The notes: generated by a model not told the origin, from the letters alone. Counted from the whole stretch's first letter, positions 37,702 through 51,178 are shown. The stretch: DNA of 63,960 nt, filler included, from Xylographa opegraphella (GCA_022813865.1; 7 parts of 7 records of this genome joined end to end with filler, not necessarily neighbours in it), one strand, 5' to 3'. Translations and numbers: made by a program.

Positions 37702-39169
37702 ATGTACACAGCAACTTCATTCGCTGCCGTTCTGGCTTTGGCCCCGGCCATCCTTGCTGCCCCAGCACCTCAAGCTGCACCCATCAGTGCACCAGCATCT
37801 TACGTACCTGCGCCAGTCCCAGCGCCTTCCGATGTGGCGGCCACCAACGTGACCAGCCATGGTCCGTACACTGGCCCGGCGCCCACGACGACTGGTGCCT
37901 TGACGACGACTTTCCTCGCCGCTTCCGTGCCTGCCCTTCCTCCGAACCCTACAGCCACCACATATCCCAGTGATGGGATGCTTCACGACCCGGAGCCAGC
38001 TCCATATACCCCGGCCGGTGGCTTGGGTACCAATGGCACAGAGCCCGTCTACAATGCGAAGAGTGATTTCGACTTCGAGTCTCTCGTGCGTCGTTGCAGC
38101 CAAGATATCATTTTCACACACGCTAACTGATCTTTAGGCTCTGGGCTTATACCAGGAGTGGATCGAGCTCGACCTCTTCCATTGGGGTCTAGCCACGTTT
38201 TCCGTCGAAGATTTCGAGGCTGCTGGTCTGACCGCCAACGATCGAGCTCTCATTGAGTTCATGGGTGACCAGGAGCTTGGACACGCGACTCTCATCACCA
38301 ACATCCTTGGCGCTGCTGCCCCAGTCCAGTGCACATACAACTACCCCGTCAATACTGTGCGGGAGTTTGTCGACTTCAACCAGAAGTTGACTCGATTTGG
38401 CGAATCGGGTGTGTACGGATTTTTGAACCACCTCGACTCGCGCGAGGCCGGCCAGCTCTTGCTGCAGTCCATCACGACCGAAGCCCGCCAGCAGATGATC
38501 TTCCGACAGTTTGACGGCCTCTTCCCTATGCCAGTCTGGTTTGAGGTTGGCATCCCTCAGTCGTGGGCTTGGACTCTTCTTGCGCCATACATCTCCTCCT
38601 GCCCAGCCAACCAAACAAGACTGGCGTGGCAAAACTTCCCGGCGCTGTACGTCGAGAACAACCCCAACCCAGCGCGCATCAACGCCAACCGCACCGGCTT
38701 CGGCGAGACAGTCGGCAACTCATCCGCCGCCCCGCTCGATTCGACTGTGGTGCCGAAGGCCGATACGTGCCTCAACAATACCGTCGTGGGCGAGGACTGC
38801 AGCCCGGCTATCTCTCAGAACCGTTCGGAGCCTCTGTCCTTCCCAGGTCGACAGGTATTCTTCTCGTGGGAAGAGCCTGGAAAGCTGGTGGGACCTAACA
38901 ACAGCTACGTCACCACTACCACGGCCGGCGCTCCCGTCTATGTGGCCTGGGTCAACCAGCTTAACCTGACTTACACCGACCTCACCATCACCGGCCCGAA
39001 CGCCGGATACACATTCCAACCCAACTCTTCCACCTACGCCAACGACCCGGCTGTCAACGGTACCATGTTCGTGGCCTTGACCAGCGAGAACATCACCCTC
39101 ACGCCGTTCAACCTGTCGATGATCAACCCCTTCGTGGTCGCCGGCCCTGCGCTCTACCAGGCTGGTTAA
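37702..39169 (+). CDS. rds1: Secreted ferritin-like stress protein Rds1
   Basis: Signal peptide MYTATSFAAVLALAPAILA; SDFDFESL|ALGLYQEWIELDLF, QELGHATLITNILG, TRFGESGVYGFL, ITTEARQQMIFRQF, AGPALYQAG. Confidence 0.9.
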
Positions 39170-39316
39170 GTGCGAGTGGATGTGAAGACTGAGGGGGGAG
39201 ATTTGGAGGAATGGATGATGAGATATACTCACGTTAGCACGGTGCTGGTACAGAAAATTCTGTACTTTAGAACCATTTTACTTGAAGAACTTAATGATAA
39301 TTTTTCATACTTTATG

Positions 39317-39535
39317 ATTCTGACTTGATAATTCTGACTTGACAATTCTAATTCTGACTTGACAATTCTGACTTGATAATTCTGACTTGATAATAATGAC
39401 TTGATAATTCTGACTTGATAATAATGACTTGATAATTCTGACCTGATAATAATGACTTGATAATTCTGGCTTGATAATAATGACTTGATAATTCTGGCTT
39501 GATAATTCTGGCTTGATAATTCTGGCTTGATAATT
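39317..39535. repeat. 14-bp minisatellite (TTGATAATTCTGAC with variants), about 15 units
   Basis: Direct tandem array with variants TTGATAATAATGAC and TTGATAATTCTGGC. Confidence 0.92.
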
Positions 39536-39537
39536 AA

Positions 39538-39754
39538 TGTAACGGCGTGTTACATGGCACCTTAATAAGGGGATAGACGAAACGGGACTAGAGCGCGTCC
39601 GGGGACTCAGGCTAGTTCGAAAGCGGTTAGAAGTCTTGGCGTTAGCACTGTTTATTTTAACTTCTACGTGTATTACTAAACTTGCTTCCCTATATTATTC
39701 TAGGTTGAAATCGCTCACCTATAGCTGTGGTTCTAGGCCTGCTTTTCTGGTGAG
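39538..39754 (+). mobile_element. LTR family B copy (truncated by linker)
   Basis: Matches 16810-17026. Confidence 0.88.
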
Positions 39755-39854
39755 NNNNNNNNNNNNNNNNNNNNNNNNNNNNNNNNNNNNNNNNNNNNTT
39801 AATTAATTAANNNNNNNNNNNNNNNNNNNNNNNNNNNNNNNNNNNNNNNNNNNN

Positions 39855-39914
39855 CGTGAGGAAGGAAGCTCCAAATCAAAAAGCGCCCAAAAGACCCGCC
39901 CCGAATCCACCACA
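39855..39914 (-). mobile_element. 5' end of LTR family E (same as Gypsy LTR at 51179)
   Basis: Exact reverse complement of TGTGGTGGATTCGGGGCGGG...CCTCACG. Confidence 0.88.
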
Positions 39915-40406
39915 CTAGCGGCTATCAATATTTTCGAATTAAAGTTTTCCGTCAATAATTTTTCGTCAATAATTTTTTTTATTATTAATAAAAAAAGTAA
40001 TATTATATCGTTTAACGATGTAAATTTAATATTAATAATAATATTTCGTACGTTCGAGTCGTTGCGATAAATTTTTTATTTTTTATTTTAAACAAAAAAT
40101 AAATATATTATATTTTTTTTATATTTTTTTTAAAATTTATTTCGTCGAAATTGTATTAATTGTTAATCTAAATTACGTATTTTTAATAACGATTCATTAC
40201 TTACGAAATTAATTTTATATATTTGATTTATTATAAATATTTTTTCGTTTTATTAATAATTCAAAGATTTTTTTTATAAATATTAAAATATTTAGAAAAA
40301 AGCGAATAAGTTAATTTCGATTTATCGTAGCCGTTTTTTTATTATTTTAATGTAGAATATTCGTTGCGGCGCTTTTGATTATAGCGATAATAATATATAT
40401 TTAAAT

Positions 40407-40603
40407 TGTTAGAAATAGAGTCCCGGCCTGCCTGCAGGATAGCGAGAGCTGCTAAGCGAGAGCTCGGGCCGCNNNNNNNNNNNNNNNNNTAGTGCGCGAG
40501 CATATAGTCTCGTAGTTGTTCATAGCTAATACAACACACTTGTTTACCCATATATTCTGCTAGAATGACCACTGCGCTTCAGTACCCATCGTACCTTTCA
40601 ACA
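40407..40603 (+). mobile_element. Solo LTR family C with 5-bp TSD TAAAT
   Basis: TGTT...AACA termini flanked by TAAAT on both sides. Confidence 0.92.
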
Positions 40604-41421
40604 TAAATTTTTTTATATTAACAAATATATTAATATATTAATTGAAATGAATGAGGGGAATCAAAATGATAAAATTAATAATTCATTGAACTATCTAGTA
40701 AAATACGTAAGAAAATTGCTTTTTTCTTAAGGAAAAAAACTTTTTTTATATATAATTACGCTAGTTTAATAGCTATATTAAATTAATAATTCTGCGAAAT
40801 TAATAATTCTGCGAAATTAATAATTCTACGAAATTAATAATTACGTTAATTCAATATCGGGCTAGCGTTTATATTGCTTTCAAACAATATAAAAAATATT
40901 TTGCCAAACGGCGTTATTTCCAACAATATTAATAATTTTTAAAATTTTAAACCGCGTATTTCGATCGTAATTAATTAATTTAAGGCTATTACCGACTAAT
41001 GGAAATCGTAGAATAAAAAATTTAATTTAATATTTTTTGGTCGTAATATCGATTTTTTTAATTTCGCTATTACGAATTGCTTTAACAATATATTTAATAT
41101 AAATTTTAAAATTATCTAAATTTATTTTAATAGTTTTACGAATATTAATACGATTTATCTAGGTTTTATGTATAAAAAGTGGCTAAATCGCCGAGAGTAA
41201 TTAAATACCCGCCCCCTACGAAGCGAAGCGAAGTGGGTTTTTAACCGACGAATAGTACTTTGAGCTCATACATCCAGATTTTCGTTTACCCGGTTGGATC
41301 TCTGTTCGTGACTATCTGTGAGTATTCGATGTTCTCAGTATTCTTTATAACTCTGCCTAACTTCCACGGCCAGCGTACCGCTCGTTTCCAGTAGTTCATC
41401 GCCTTCGCTGTTCCCCTCGGA

Positions 41422-42659
41422 TTATAGATGCACTTTGTCAACGAGGTGGATTGAGGCTTCGCCGACCTCAGCTTCTCGCCACCATAGTTTTTGCTGCCTC
41501 ATTTCATTCGCTAAACGGGTGAATTCTTTCTCCTTATCAGCATGCTTAATATCCCTTTCTGCAATATTCATGGCGTCCTCGAGCCACCAGTTGTATATCT
41601 TCCCCCTCTCGAAATCTTCCCAGTCGTCGTCCCCTTTTGGCACCGGGAATCGCGATTCGGTCAACGCATCCTCACCATCGTCGAATTCTGTATACAAAAG
41701 CTCCGCGCGATCTCTCAGCACTCGTTTGAGAGCGAATTTCTCTTCTTTTGTTGTCTCCCCCGTCCAGTTCTCAGGGTTCCCTCTGTTCAGCTGCGCAGCA
41801 ATACGGAGACGCCTCTCGGCTCTCTGGGACTCGTAACAGCAATTTTCTATACGATGAAGGCTGCAATAGACTTTTTCATATATTGTATCTGCATGGCTCA
41901 TCATGTTATTCTCTATGAACCACGACGGATCATAACCACGCCTCAAATCATCCTTGTCTACCTAGGTTAATCAGACTTGACTTAAACGCACGAAATTTCC
42001 TAATCACTTACATTAGCTAAAGTCTTCCGCTGAATACGATACTCCTCGATCAAGAGATTCGTGAGCAGTAATCTCCAGTCACAGTGTAATTGACTCCTCG
42101 ACTGTCCCTCTAGATGGCAAAGAGGAATTTCTGTATCGTTCGCGAAATGTCTTGAGCGCACAACGTGTCGTGGATAGGTTCTATCAGCTGTGGTCGGCGT
42201 ATCATCGTCACTGGGCGCTTTATAGCGGTCATCTTGATAGCGTTGCCTTTTCTGACATTCCAGTGTTTCCATGGTGAAAACTGCAATCTTATTGTCATCA
42301 TCTCGAAGTCGATCATAGGCATAAATTCTGATTTGGTACAGGCTATATAGATCAGTCCAGTCATACTGGTCGTCATTGTATTCTTCAGAATCCCAAGCTA
42401 TAGCTCAGTCGTCAGATTTACAACAGCTCAGGAATGTGAAAGAGCAAGCCCAGGTACTATACTCACGAACAAGCAACATGATCGAGGTGACCGGAAGCTC
42501 TCGCACTATGAAGATCTGCTCCACTAACAGCCTCCAGGTCTTTGAGACGTGGCGACAGACCATCCAAAGCATAAGTATTCCATCGTCACCAGTGAGCTGT
42601 TTTAGGATAAGAATGACGATCTCCAATGGCAGAATTGATAGTGTGATAGCCGTTTCCAT
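41422..42659 (-). CDS. F-box-like protein (3 exons)
   Basis: LSILPLEIVILILKQL...LWMVCRHVSKTWRLLVEQIF; GTGAGT..TAG and GTAAGT..TAG introns link to HFANDTEIP...DWRLLLTNLLIEE and the final exon 41422-41960. Confidence 0.7.
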
Positions 42660-44049
42660 ATTTGTTTGAGCTTCTGTCAAAGTTTGGAACGTAAGAAAAA
42701 GCCATGAAAGAGTAGTTCTGGAGAGAGAATTCGGGACGTAAGAAATGCGAGTAATAGTGATTCTGTATCGCCGAGAGCAAGAAGGAGCGGAAGATAGAAA
42801 GAGCGAGAACACGAGATTGAAGGAGATCAACAAGGGGAAGAAGCGGCAAACACGTCGTTTAGGAATCACAATCAGACACCTACCAATGATAACGATACCT
42901 CCAGTACAAGGTCTTCCTCACTTGAGTCTACCGGTGAAACGCAAGTGCCTCGATTTTGGTCTGTAGTCTACTGGGCCGTGAAGTGTTTCCATCTCGTCTT
43001 GGACTTGTTGTGGGAGTTTGTCCTTCTCGCCTATTTGATATCCGAGGGCGCTTTCTCTAAGATTGCCAAGACCGGACTTGACTAAGACACGCTCTAAAGG
43101 CCTTGAAACGATCAATAACGCTCTACTTCCGTGACTGAAGCGCGTGGTGTGTTGTGGACGATCCGCTGGTCCAAACAATCCGAGGTAAGCCGGGCCTTGA
43201 CATAAACTGATTAACGGTTTGTTGTCCTATAGGCACTTCTTGTGTATTTCAGCTACGCACTTCTGAAGACCAAGTATATTGATGAACAATGGATGTATAA
43301 AGGACCAGTTGTTATTAGAACATTTGGTTTTGATACGCCAGCGTAACTAGTGTGGGACCATCCTTACGATACAAAATCTGCTGGGGCTGAGTAATAGCCC
43401 CCATCACTGCTGCGTGGTATTAGACAACTGATAGGTTCATGGGGACCCGATCAACAACAACCTTCACTCTTCAAGCAAGTCCTAATTCGCAATACAGCGT
43501 CAGCATATCAACAAAAAGTGTATTGGGAAACTTTAGCCACTCAGTAAGCTTGGCTTGGCTCTCCCTGGGTTGAGACGATTAGGATGAAACTTAACATGAG
43601 CTGGCCAGTCTCTGAGTTGTGGTCAACATGAACACGATTGCCGAATTCTCAGAAATTCCTGTTTACCGCGGAAGACTCTGTAAGATCCCATGTGAATTGA
43701 TAAGGTGTCGTCAGCGGAACTGGACACTGGAGATTGTGGCTTCGTAGCTGGAGTGTCTGTTATTCTTTTGTGTCCTCCTGGTTCTCTGATGGTATGGCCA
43801 GTCCGTGGCGGGTCTCCAGATTTCCGGGCATGCTGGGAACAGAGCTTGCAGTGGCAGCTGGGAGCTAGAGTTGGCCCGGACTGTAGGATTCGCTGGAGCA
43901 AAGCGGGATATAGTGTCCTTCCTCCGTTGAGGCGACGTAGGAGTTATGTGCGATTGTGTGCTCCCCTGGTAGCATTGAAGTAAGCCGCTCACTGATGGCT
44001 GGTCGTGAGGCGTAATCCAGCCACCCTCTGTGGTGCCTATCACAGTTCT

Positions 44050-44726
44050 GATATCAATGATATTAGTGCTGTATGCGGCTGTGGATCTGTCTATTTATTC
44101 GAATATTTGTCGGTCCTTGATATCAGTTTCAGAAATATCAGTCCTATGGCTTGCGATGCCAGACCAGCGGATGCATGTACCGATGCATGCTTCTTAGATA
44201 AGCCGTAGCGACGAAACATCCGGGAATAGCGATATTATGTCCTTGCTGACGCCTCATCGTTTTTAGAGAAACTATGTTCTCCAGGCTATCAATCAGATCT
44301 TGAAACTGAATAAAATGGCAGAGAGCTTGCTCCAGTCTCGGACCCCCCGAAAGCCTTTATTTGATGGTGAGCTTCTCCTAGCTTCGGACTTGTGATTCGT
44401 ACTGGCGTAGCGGGTGAAGGGCGCCCGATGAGAGTGTAGGGCGGTCTCGATAACCCAATATGCCGAAGCCTATATCTCTCTTCTATACCGTCGCTTCCGT
44501 TGCGATTGGGTTGTGGGGTATGCGATCAACCGGCGTGTCATCAAGCCAACCACAGCTCTTTCCCCAAATAAGGAGCCCGCTGTTTCTCAATATGGAGCTT
44601 CGTGAGCAATATATCATCGTCTCTGTTGAAGGGCTGGACAACATCGATGCAGTCGAGACACTCGATGCAATTGATGAAGTGGCTGGCTAAACCTACCGCG
44701 CCGATACGAAGTCCTGCTCTCTCCAT
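44050..44726 (-). pseudogene. HeLo (prion-inhibition/cell-death) domain pseudogene
   Basis: MERAGLRIGAVGLASHFINCIECLDCI...RDDDILLTKLHIEKQR / frameshift / LLIWGKSCG; later VRDWSKL..FQDLIDSLENI..IPDVSSLRLI*EAC..WSGIAS, with several stops and frameshifts. Confidence 0.7.
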
Positions 44727-45470
44727 TTAGCATTAGTTATGGGAAAGTATTCCTGAAAGAAAGGAAGTCCAGATAAAAATGCGCTGTCAGAAGAGATGAA
44801 AAGGCAGGTGCATCAAGCAGAGAGGATAGTGGACAATCATAGCCCCGTGGACTCTCGGCCTGTAGATGTACTTAGGGATCGCCCATCATTGTGAATTGTT
44901 GCAGGAACATAGGCACTGCTTATACAACGCTCGGCAGCTTCTTGGCTGGAAGACGAGACTTCTTTGACTATGTGCAAAGTCCGCCAGCTCGTGAGCCATG
45001 GTAGACGTTTGAGTCAAGTATCTCATTGAGCAAGATACCTCGTCGAGATTCCGTACTAATTTATGACTAGCGTGTACCAAAGCAATACACACTCTTGGCG
45101 CCCGTCGTCCGTTCAAAAACAGACTTCAAGTCTTCAGCAACATTTCAAATTTCATGTCAACTATTGTTCTAATCGCCTTGGAAAGCTTTGATGATGATAC
45201 TTATCGAATGTTCTTATTCCACACAGACGGAAGCAATCACTTTTACCATTATTTACTAAAATCACTAAAGTATCTAGTTACCTACTTTTCTGTTTATGAA
45301 GGGAACTTCTCACTGCTCTGATCTAAAGTCCGAAACATCCTCACGCCTCTCTTTTGGATCGTCACATCCTACCTTTATCCGCTGGACATGGCAGGTAGAG
45401 CGGTAGACGGATTGTCCGCACCCGACATTGCAGAGTCTGGTGTTGCTTGTACTACCGTACCAGAATTTCC

Positions 45471-48400
45471 TTACCCAGAGGTAATAACAGTAGACGAATT
45501 GCTTGAAGATGTCGAAGTTGTTGTTGAAAGAGTGGCGGCAGTGGTATTATAGCTCATCATACTCGTGACACCGAGGACTGGCGGCGCCGTCTCTGAGCCA
45601 GTTGTTACTGGCCCCAAGTCCTGACTTGCTTGTGTTGGGAGATAAACCTCTGCACTAAGAGCCTGGCTTGAATTGCTCGGGAAAGATCCCGCAAGACCTA
45701 TTCCCGTCTGGCTGTTCTCTTCGGCCCTAAGTAATGCTAGTAATGAGAAATGTCCACCAGCCACAGGCCTTGCAATAAAGTAAATTGGACTTGGGCTGAC
45801 TGGATAGCTTCCGTCATCAATTGTCTCATACAAATCAGTGAATGCACGATCGGTGCTTGTATAATTAAGCCAATATCCTAGTCCATTGACGAAAAGTCGA
45901 CGAGTCTCAGGAGTACATGTGGCGGCTGTCCACATCTCCCAATCAGACTTGGTATAACTGTGACGATTGTCGAGAGGAACACCAAAAATCTGTGCAATTG
46001 TCGGGTACCAGTTACTCTGCATACTATAAAGGCTTCCGGGAATAATTCCAAGATTCAGTAGCTTGTCTGGGTAGGTATTATACAGAAGACCATAAGATGA
46101 ACGCCACTCGTATGAGAGCAGAGTGTGTCTACCGGATGGATCAATAGCAAAGTACTCCCACTGCTTAAAATAGTTGACTGCCGTTGTTGAGAAGTTCAGT
46201 GCGTCAGCTGCTATCCCAGCGATTTGAGCGACTCCAGCCATTGCTTGAATACCAACGATGCCCTTGATGGCAAGATTGGTCTGGTTGACAAGCTGGCCTG
46301 CGAAGTCGTCTGTGGAAAGTTGTATTCCAGGGATCAAAGAGTATTGCAAAAGATAGTCTGCAAATTGAGATAGCTGCGAATAGTGCTGGGTAAGCCAGGC
46401 TGCATTTCCAGAAAATTTGTAGTAAGCATATGACATGATGATCATGTTACCGGACTCCTCCACGGGCATGTACTCATCATTGCCTTCAACATGACCTGTA
46501 GCATTAGGAAAGTTGGTGCCCAAGTCATGCATACTATATCCATTAGGATAGAAACGACCTTGCAGAGGTCAGCAATTGATTTCAAAGACTCGGAAAGGGG
46601 CATATTACCTTCTTGGTTCTGAAAGAGAGGTTCGAGGTTAAATTTGAGAAGCTCGGGGTTGGCATACAAGAAAAACGGCATTGCCGGATACATAACATCA
46701 ACAGTGTTGACGTTCCCGTCTGAAGATATCTCCTTCTGGAACATCAGCGGCTCGGATGCGTTCACCGAATTGTTCGTACAAGCGTCAGTAGGTGTGAGAG
46801 TTAAAACGTAAGCACCCATCACTTGTCGTGCTGATAAAGCGACGATAGAGTAGTATGCTTCCGCTTCAGCCACATCCGGGATTGCGATATTGCTGAAATT
46901 ATTAGGATCTAGGAAGCCATATGCTGTGTTCGGATCAAAGATATATTGATTCCCGAATTGATTCGTTCCCATAGCATAGCCTTGCGAGCCATTGGAATAC
47001 ACGGGTGGCGCACTTGGTGTGCTGTTACTGTACACCATTGCCATATTTGCAGAATAATAAGAGTCGACATCAGATTTGAGCTGAGTCTCGAATTCATAAG
47101 CCAGTTGCTGCGTCACAGAAAAGTCATTGAAGTGGAAATTTATCATCTGAAAGATATCCCCATAACAGTGTGTCCACCATGGCTGTAGGGGTACAACCCC
47201 ACTCGATGTTAGGTATCGCATAATGGGCTGTTGGATAGATCCAATGGTGTACATCACAGATGCAGAAAGGATGTCGCCAAAGTCGTGAGAGTAGGCAAAC
47301 ACCGGCTCTCTAGAGCCCGAACCACGGAAGTCGCTGTCAACATTATCTGCTAGGTAGTGCTGCATGATGAAGTTGTACCGCACAGTACCAGAGTAACCGC
47401 TTTGAAAGCTGAAGTTGCGAGCCTCAAATGGGCTGGACGAGTAGCTGAAATTGCCCCATAACGGGAAGTCGTACTCTTCGCCAAACTCGTAAGGCATTTG
47501 AAGCTGGTATAACCTGGCATTGTTAGTGATTCTCGAAGGCGATGACTTCTCAGATATATACCACGAATATATAGAGGACGATTCTCTAGTAGCGTTTCCA
47601 CTTCCATTCACTGGATTTGCGCCCTCGTACAACGTCCACTCAATCGTCTTGTTCGACTCAAACGCAATCCATGCTGCGTTTACATCACTATAAAACTGCA
47701 CACTATGCGGACTGCCATCCGTTGACTGAACGGTGGTTGTGAGGTAACTAAGCGGAATGCTTGTTCGGCAAATATCCTTGGGTACAACAGCAGAAAGAAA
47801 GCTGGCAGTCACTTCCATGGGTCCGGCAAGGAAGGTAAAGTTGGAATACTGGGAATCATAGCTGACACTTTGTGGAATTGCTTCTTGTAAATTGGGCAAG
47901 GATGGCAAGTTCTGAGCTCCAGTTCCTAGATATTCGTAAGATATTCCATCTACACTGATAATCTGCAACACAGTCAGTTTCTACTTGATCTTCATTCTCT
48001 GCGAAGTATGGGCTGCTGCAAAAGCTCATGACGATCGGCACTGCGTGGCAGCAGTGTAGATCTATGCTTTTTGGCTTTCCGAGAAGTGCTCACTCACTCC
48101 TTCCCAGCCCAATGCATTTCCGGGCCTAACATGTCAGTATCTTCACGACTCCGCTCTTTGTATGACACACCAATATATCACTCCATTGGTATTGAGAGTA
48201 CCGTTGTTTGCGGTCGAGGTCCAAGCATTTGTATAAGGAGATCTCACAGCGAGAGGGAGCGCTGGCGGTCGTGCCGGGGAATAGGAAGGGAGAGTATTAC
48301 TTTAGCACCCCAACGATCAGTGTCTGCGGCAAGGTAACTTCGGGAAGATAAACAACGAGCTCGCTGACAACACCGCCAGTGGAAAACCAGACGAAAGAGC

Positions 48401-48596
48401 GAGGGGTCAGGAGCATTAGTCGGCTCATTTGCAAACATTCGTTCTAGCAGAAGATATCAATGGGCCATTAATTCAAGCACCGTGAAGCAAAGAAAGACCC
48501 CTACCCATTGCTATCTTTAGCGGTTGTGTATGGGTCTTGAGCAGTAACAAGCGATGAGCAAATCACCCAAACAATATAAGCAATGGATGAAAGCAT
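45471..48596 (-). CDS. gtaA: Secreted glutaminase A (GtaA family, DUF1793/DUF4965/DUF5127) with S/T-rich tail; multi-exon
   Basis: Signal peptide MLSSIAYIVWVICSSLVTAQ; PARPPALPLAVRSPY; KEISSDGNVNTVDV, HDLGTNFPNATGH, MPVEESGNM, QLSTDDFAG, QTNLAIKGI, TKSDWEMW, ARPVAGGHF. Confidence 0.92.
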
Positions 48597-49308
48597 AACT
48601 GTATAAGCACTGTAATTCGAGACACAGTGGGACAAGCTCGCCAGAGGGCAAGCCGAGGTTTAAGAAGCTCCATCTCAACCCCAGACAAGAGTGCACCTTC
48701 CATCTGAGCTCTAAGTTCAGACATCGACGAGGATGCAAGCACCCACCCGCCATCCACTACATGCTACATGGCAGGTGCGGTTGAGAAGTGGAGAAGCGCA
48801 CAGCGTGCGGGGAAGTTTCTGCTGCCTCATTGCGGTAATCTTACGGTATGCCGGTAAATTAAAATACAGGGGCTTCACAATACAACTAGAACCTAGCACA
48901 AGACCACCCCAAGCATATCAAGGGCGCTGTTAGTGCAGGCTGGTCAAATTACTTAATCAGTCTTTATAGTAAGGCTAGCTTTTATTTCGTATAATCGAAC
49001 TACAGTACGATTAAGCCTATTTTATCGCGTAATATTTCGTTATAAATTATAAATAAACTTCGCCTTAATAGCGTTTTTAATATATTTAAATAATTTATTA
49101 ATATTATTAAAAAAGATTTAAATTGTTATAAATTCAATCGCTTTTTTATTTCGATCGTAGATTTTAGATATTTTTCGTATTTATTAAATTAATTCAAAAC
49201 TTTATAAATTTATAATTATAACGAAATTTTAAAGTAAATTTATATATATATTTAATTAAATATAATAAAACGCGCTGATTAAACGAGATCGTTTAATAAA
49301 TTTATATT

Positions 49309-49374
49309 TCTGACGATTATGACATCAGTCACAAGTAATAGGGGTCGGGCTGGATCAGGACTAGCACCTTGAGT
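49309..49374 (+). mobile_element. LTR family A, 5' part (cut by linker)
   Basis: Matches GACGATTATGACATCAGTCACAAGTAATAGGGGTCGGG. Confidence 0.88.
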
Positions 49375-49474
49375 NNNNNNNNNNNNNNNNNNNNNNNNNN
49401 NNNNNNNNNNNNNNNNNNTTAATTAATTAANNNNNNNNNNNNNNNNNNNNNNNNNNNNNNNNNNNNNNNNNNNN

Positions 49475-51044
49475 AGGGGTGCATTCTTTGAGTCTGATCG
49501 TGGCGGCCACTGAGGAAAGGCAGGAAGGAGAGGGCGACAGCCAAGGACCATGGGTCACTGTCCTGAATCCGGACTCTGGGTATTCAGAGATCCATGAGGA
49601 ATATGCTGTATGGCTGTCATCGTTGAAGAAGCCGACCCAGTATAAGGGCCGTCAGTGGACGAAGTTCAAAGCGGAAGCCTTGAAATACCTGGTAAGAGAT
49701 GGGGAGTTGTTTCGACGGGGCAGTAAGAACATACCTTTGCGACGAGTGGTAGATAAAGAGGAAGTTCAGCAGGAGATTGTCGCCAGCCAGCATGATGTAG
49801 GCGGAGCACACAAGGGTGTGGAAACCACATATCGAAGGGTAGCCGCTACATACTGGTGGGAAGGATTGTATAAGGACTGCAAGGCCTACTGCAAATCCTG
49901 CGAAGACTGTCAGCGAAGGTCTTCACAGTTGGAGCCGGATGCAATCTTCGCTACGCATAGCCAGATATTGTTCGAAAAGGTGGCCGTGGACGTGGTCAAG
50001 ATGCCGCGGAGAAGAGGGTTGGGCTATATAGTGGTCGCCCGGGAAGATTTATCAGGCTGGGTAGAAGCTAGGGCTCTCAAGAACGCAGATTCCAAGGCGG
50101 TTGCGCAGTTCTTGTGGGAAGACGTTATTACTCGCCACGGGCTCTTTGGGAGGATGGTTCTAGATGGAGGGCCAGAGAACAAGAAGTATACCGAGACACT
50201 GCTGAAACTGTATGGGATTGAGCGAATACAGACCTCCCCATACAATCCGGGCGCGAACGGCATGGTAGAAAGAGGGCACAAGCCTATTATAGATGGGCTA
50301 GCGAAGCTGACACATGGAGGGATAGGCACATGGCCAGAACTATTACATTTGGTTCTATGGGCTGATCGAACTAGTATCCGCCGAAGCACCGGTATGACCC
50401 CATTCCAGCTTATCTATGGAAGAGTGTGTATGCTGCCGATCGAGGCCAAGGTGCCTAGTTGGACCAGCCTACCCTGGAGTCGAGTTCGAAATACAGCCGA
50501 CCTGCTCGCGCTGAGAGCCCTGCAGCTATTGCAAAGAGATCTGGACTTGGAGGAGGCAGCTTTGAGGCTTAGAAGGATAAGGGATCAAGCTAAAGAATAC
50601 TCCGACGTTAGTAAAGATGCCAGGGACAAGATATACAAAGCGGGAGACTTGGTCCTTCTGCACGATACTAGGTATAAGGACGACTATTCGTCGGACCGAA
50701 AGCTTGATTTCTGGTGGCAAGGCCCGTACCGAATCACCAAGGCGGATCCTGTCAAGGGAGTATATCGTCTGCAAGAATTGGATGGTGCAGAGAAGTCCGG
50801 CACCGTCTCTGGGAGAAGGCTGAAGCTGCATGTCGAGCGGAAAGACGGAGCAGCAGAGGAATATGCGGCGATTCTGGCGGATCTGGAAGAGCAGTATCTT
50901 AGTGAGAGTGAGACCGACGATGAGGACGGATCCCCGAACTTCAAGATAGTCATTCCGTTAATACGACGTGAGGACAGCAGCCAGGACCCCGAAGACAGCT
51001 ACGATTCGAACAGCCCTGGCGATGACAGCTCTGATTCGGGATAA
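49475..51044 (+). CDS. Ty3/Gypsy integrase (3' end of pol), intact; 5'-truncated at contig start
   Basis: HHCC (QHDVGGAHKG...CKSCEDC), DDE core (VAVDVV, VLDGGPE, NGMVERGH), GPY/F motif WWQGPYRI, acidic tail; no stops in 521 aa. Confidence 0.93.
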
Positions 51045-51178
51045 GACTCAGAGTCCGAAGTCTCCGTTGGACGGAAAGTAAAAATCAGGGTCCAGCGGGG
51101 GCGGAAGCATGTGAATGAAGGGGACGGGCGGGGGCCAGAGCAGTGAGGACACTGCTATGTTAAAAGGGGGGGGAGGAT

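Noticed and set aside
39317..39535. CRISPR-like array
   Set aside because: Head-to-tail units without unique spacers, no cas genes, eukaryotic context.
49309..51044. Family A LTR as 5' LTR of the intact integrase element
   Set aside because: They are separated by an artificial linker, and the integrase's own 3' LTR (51179) is a different sequence.
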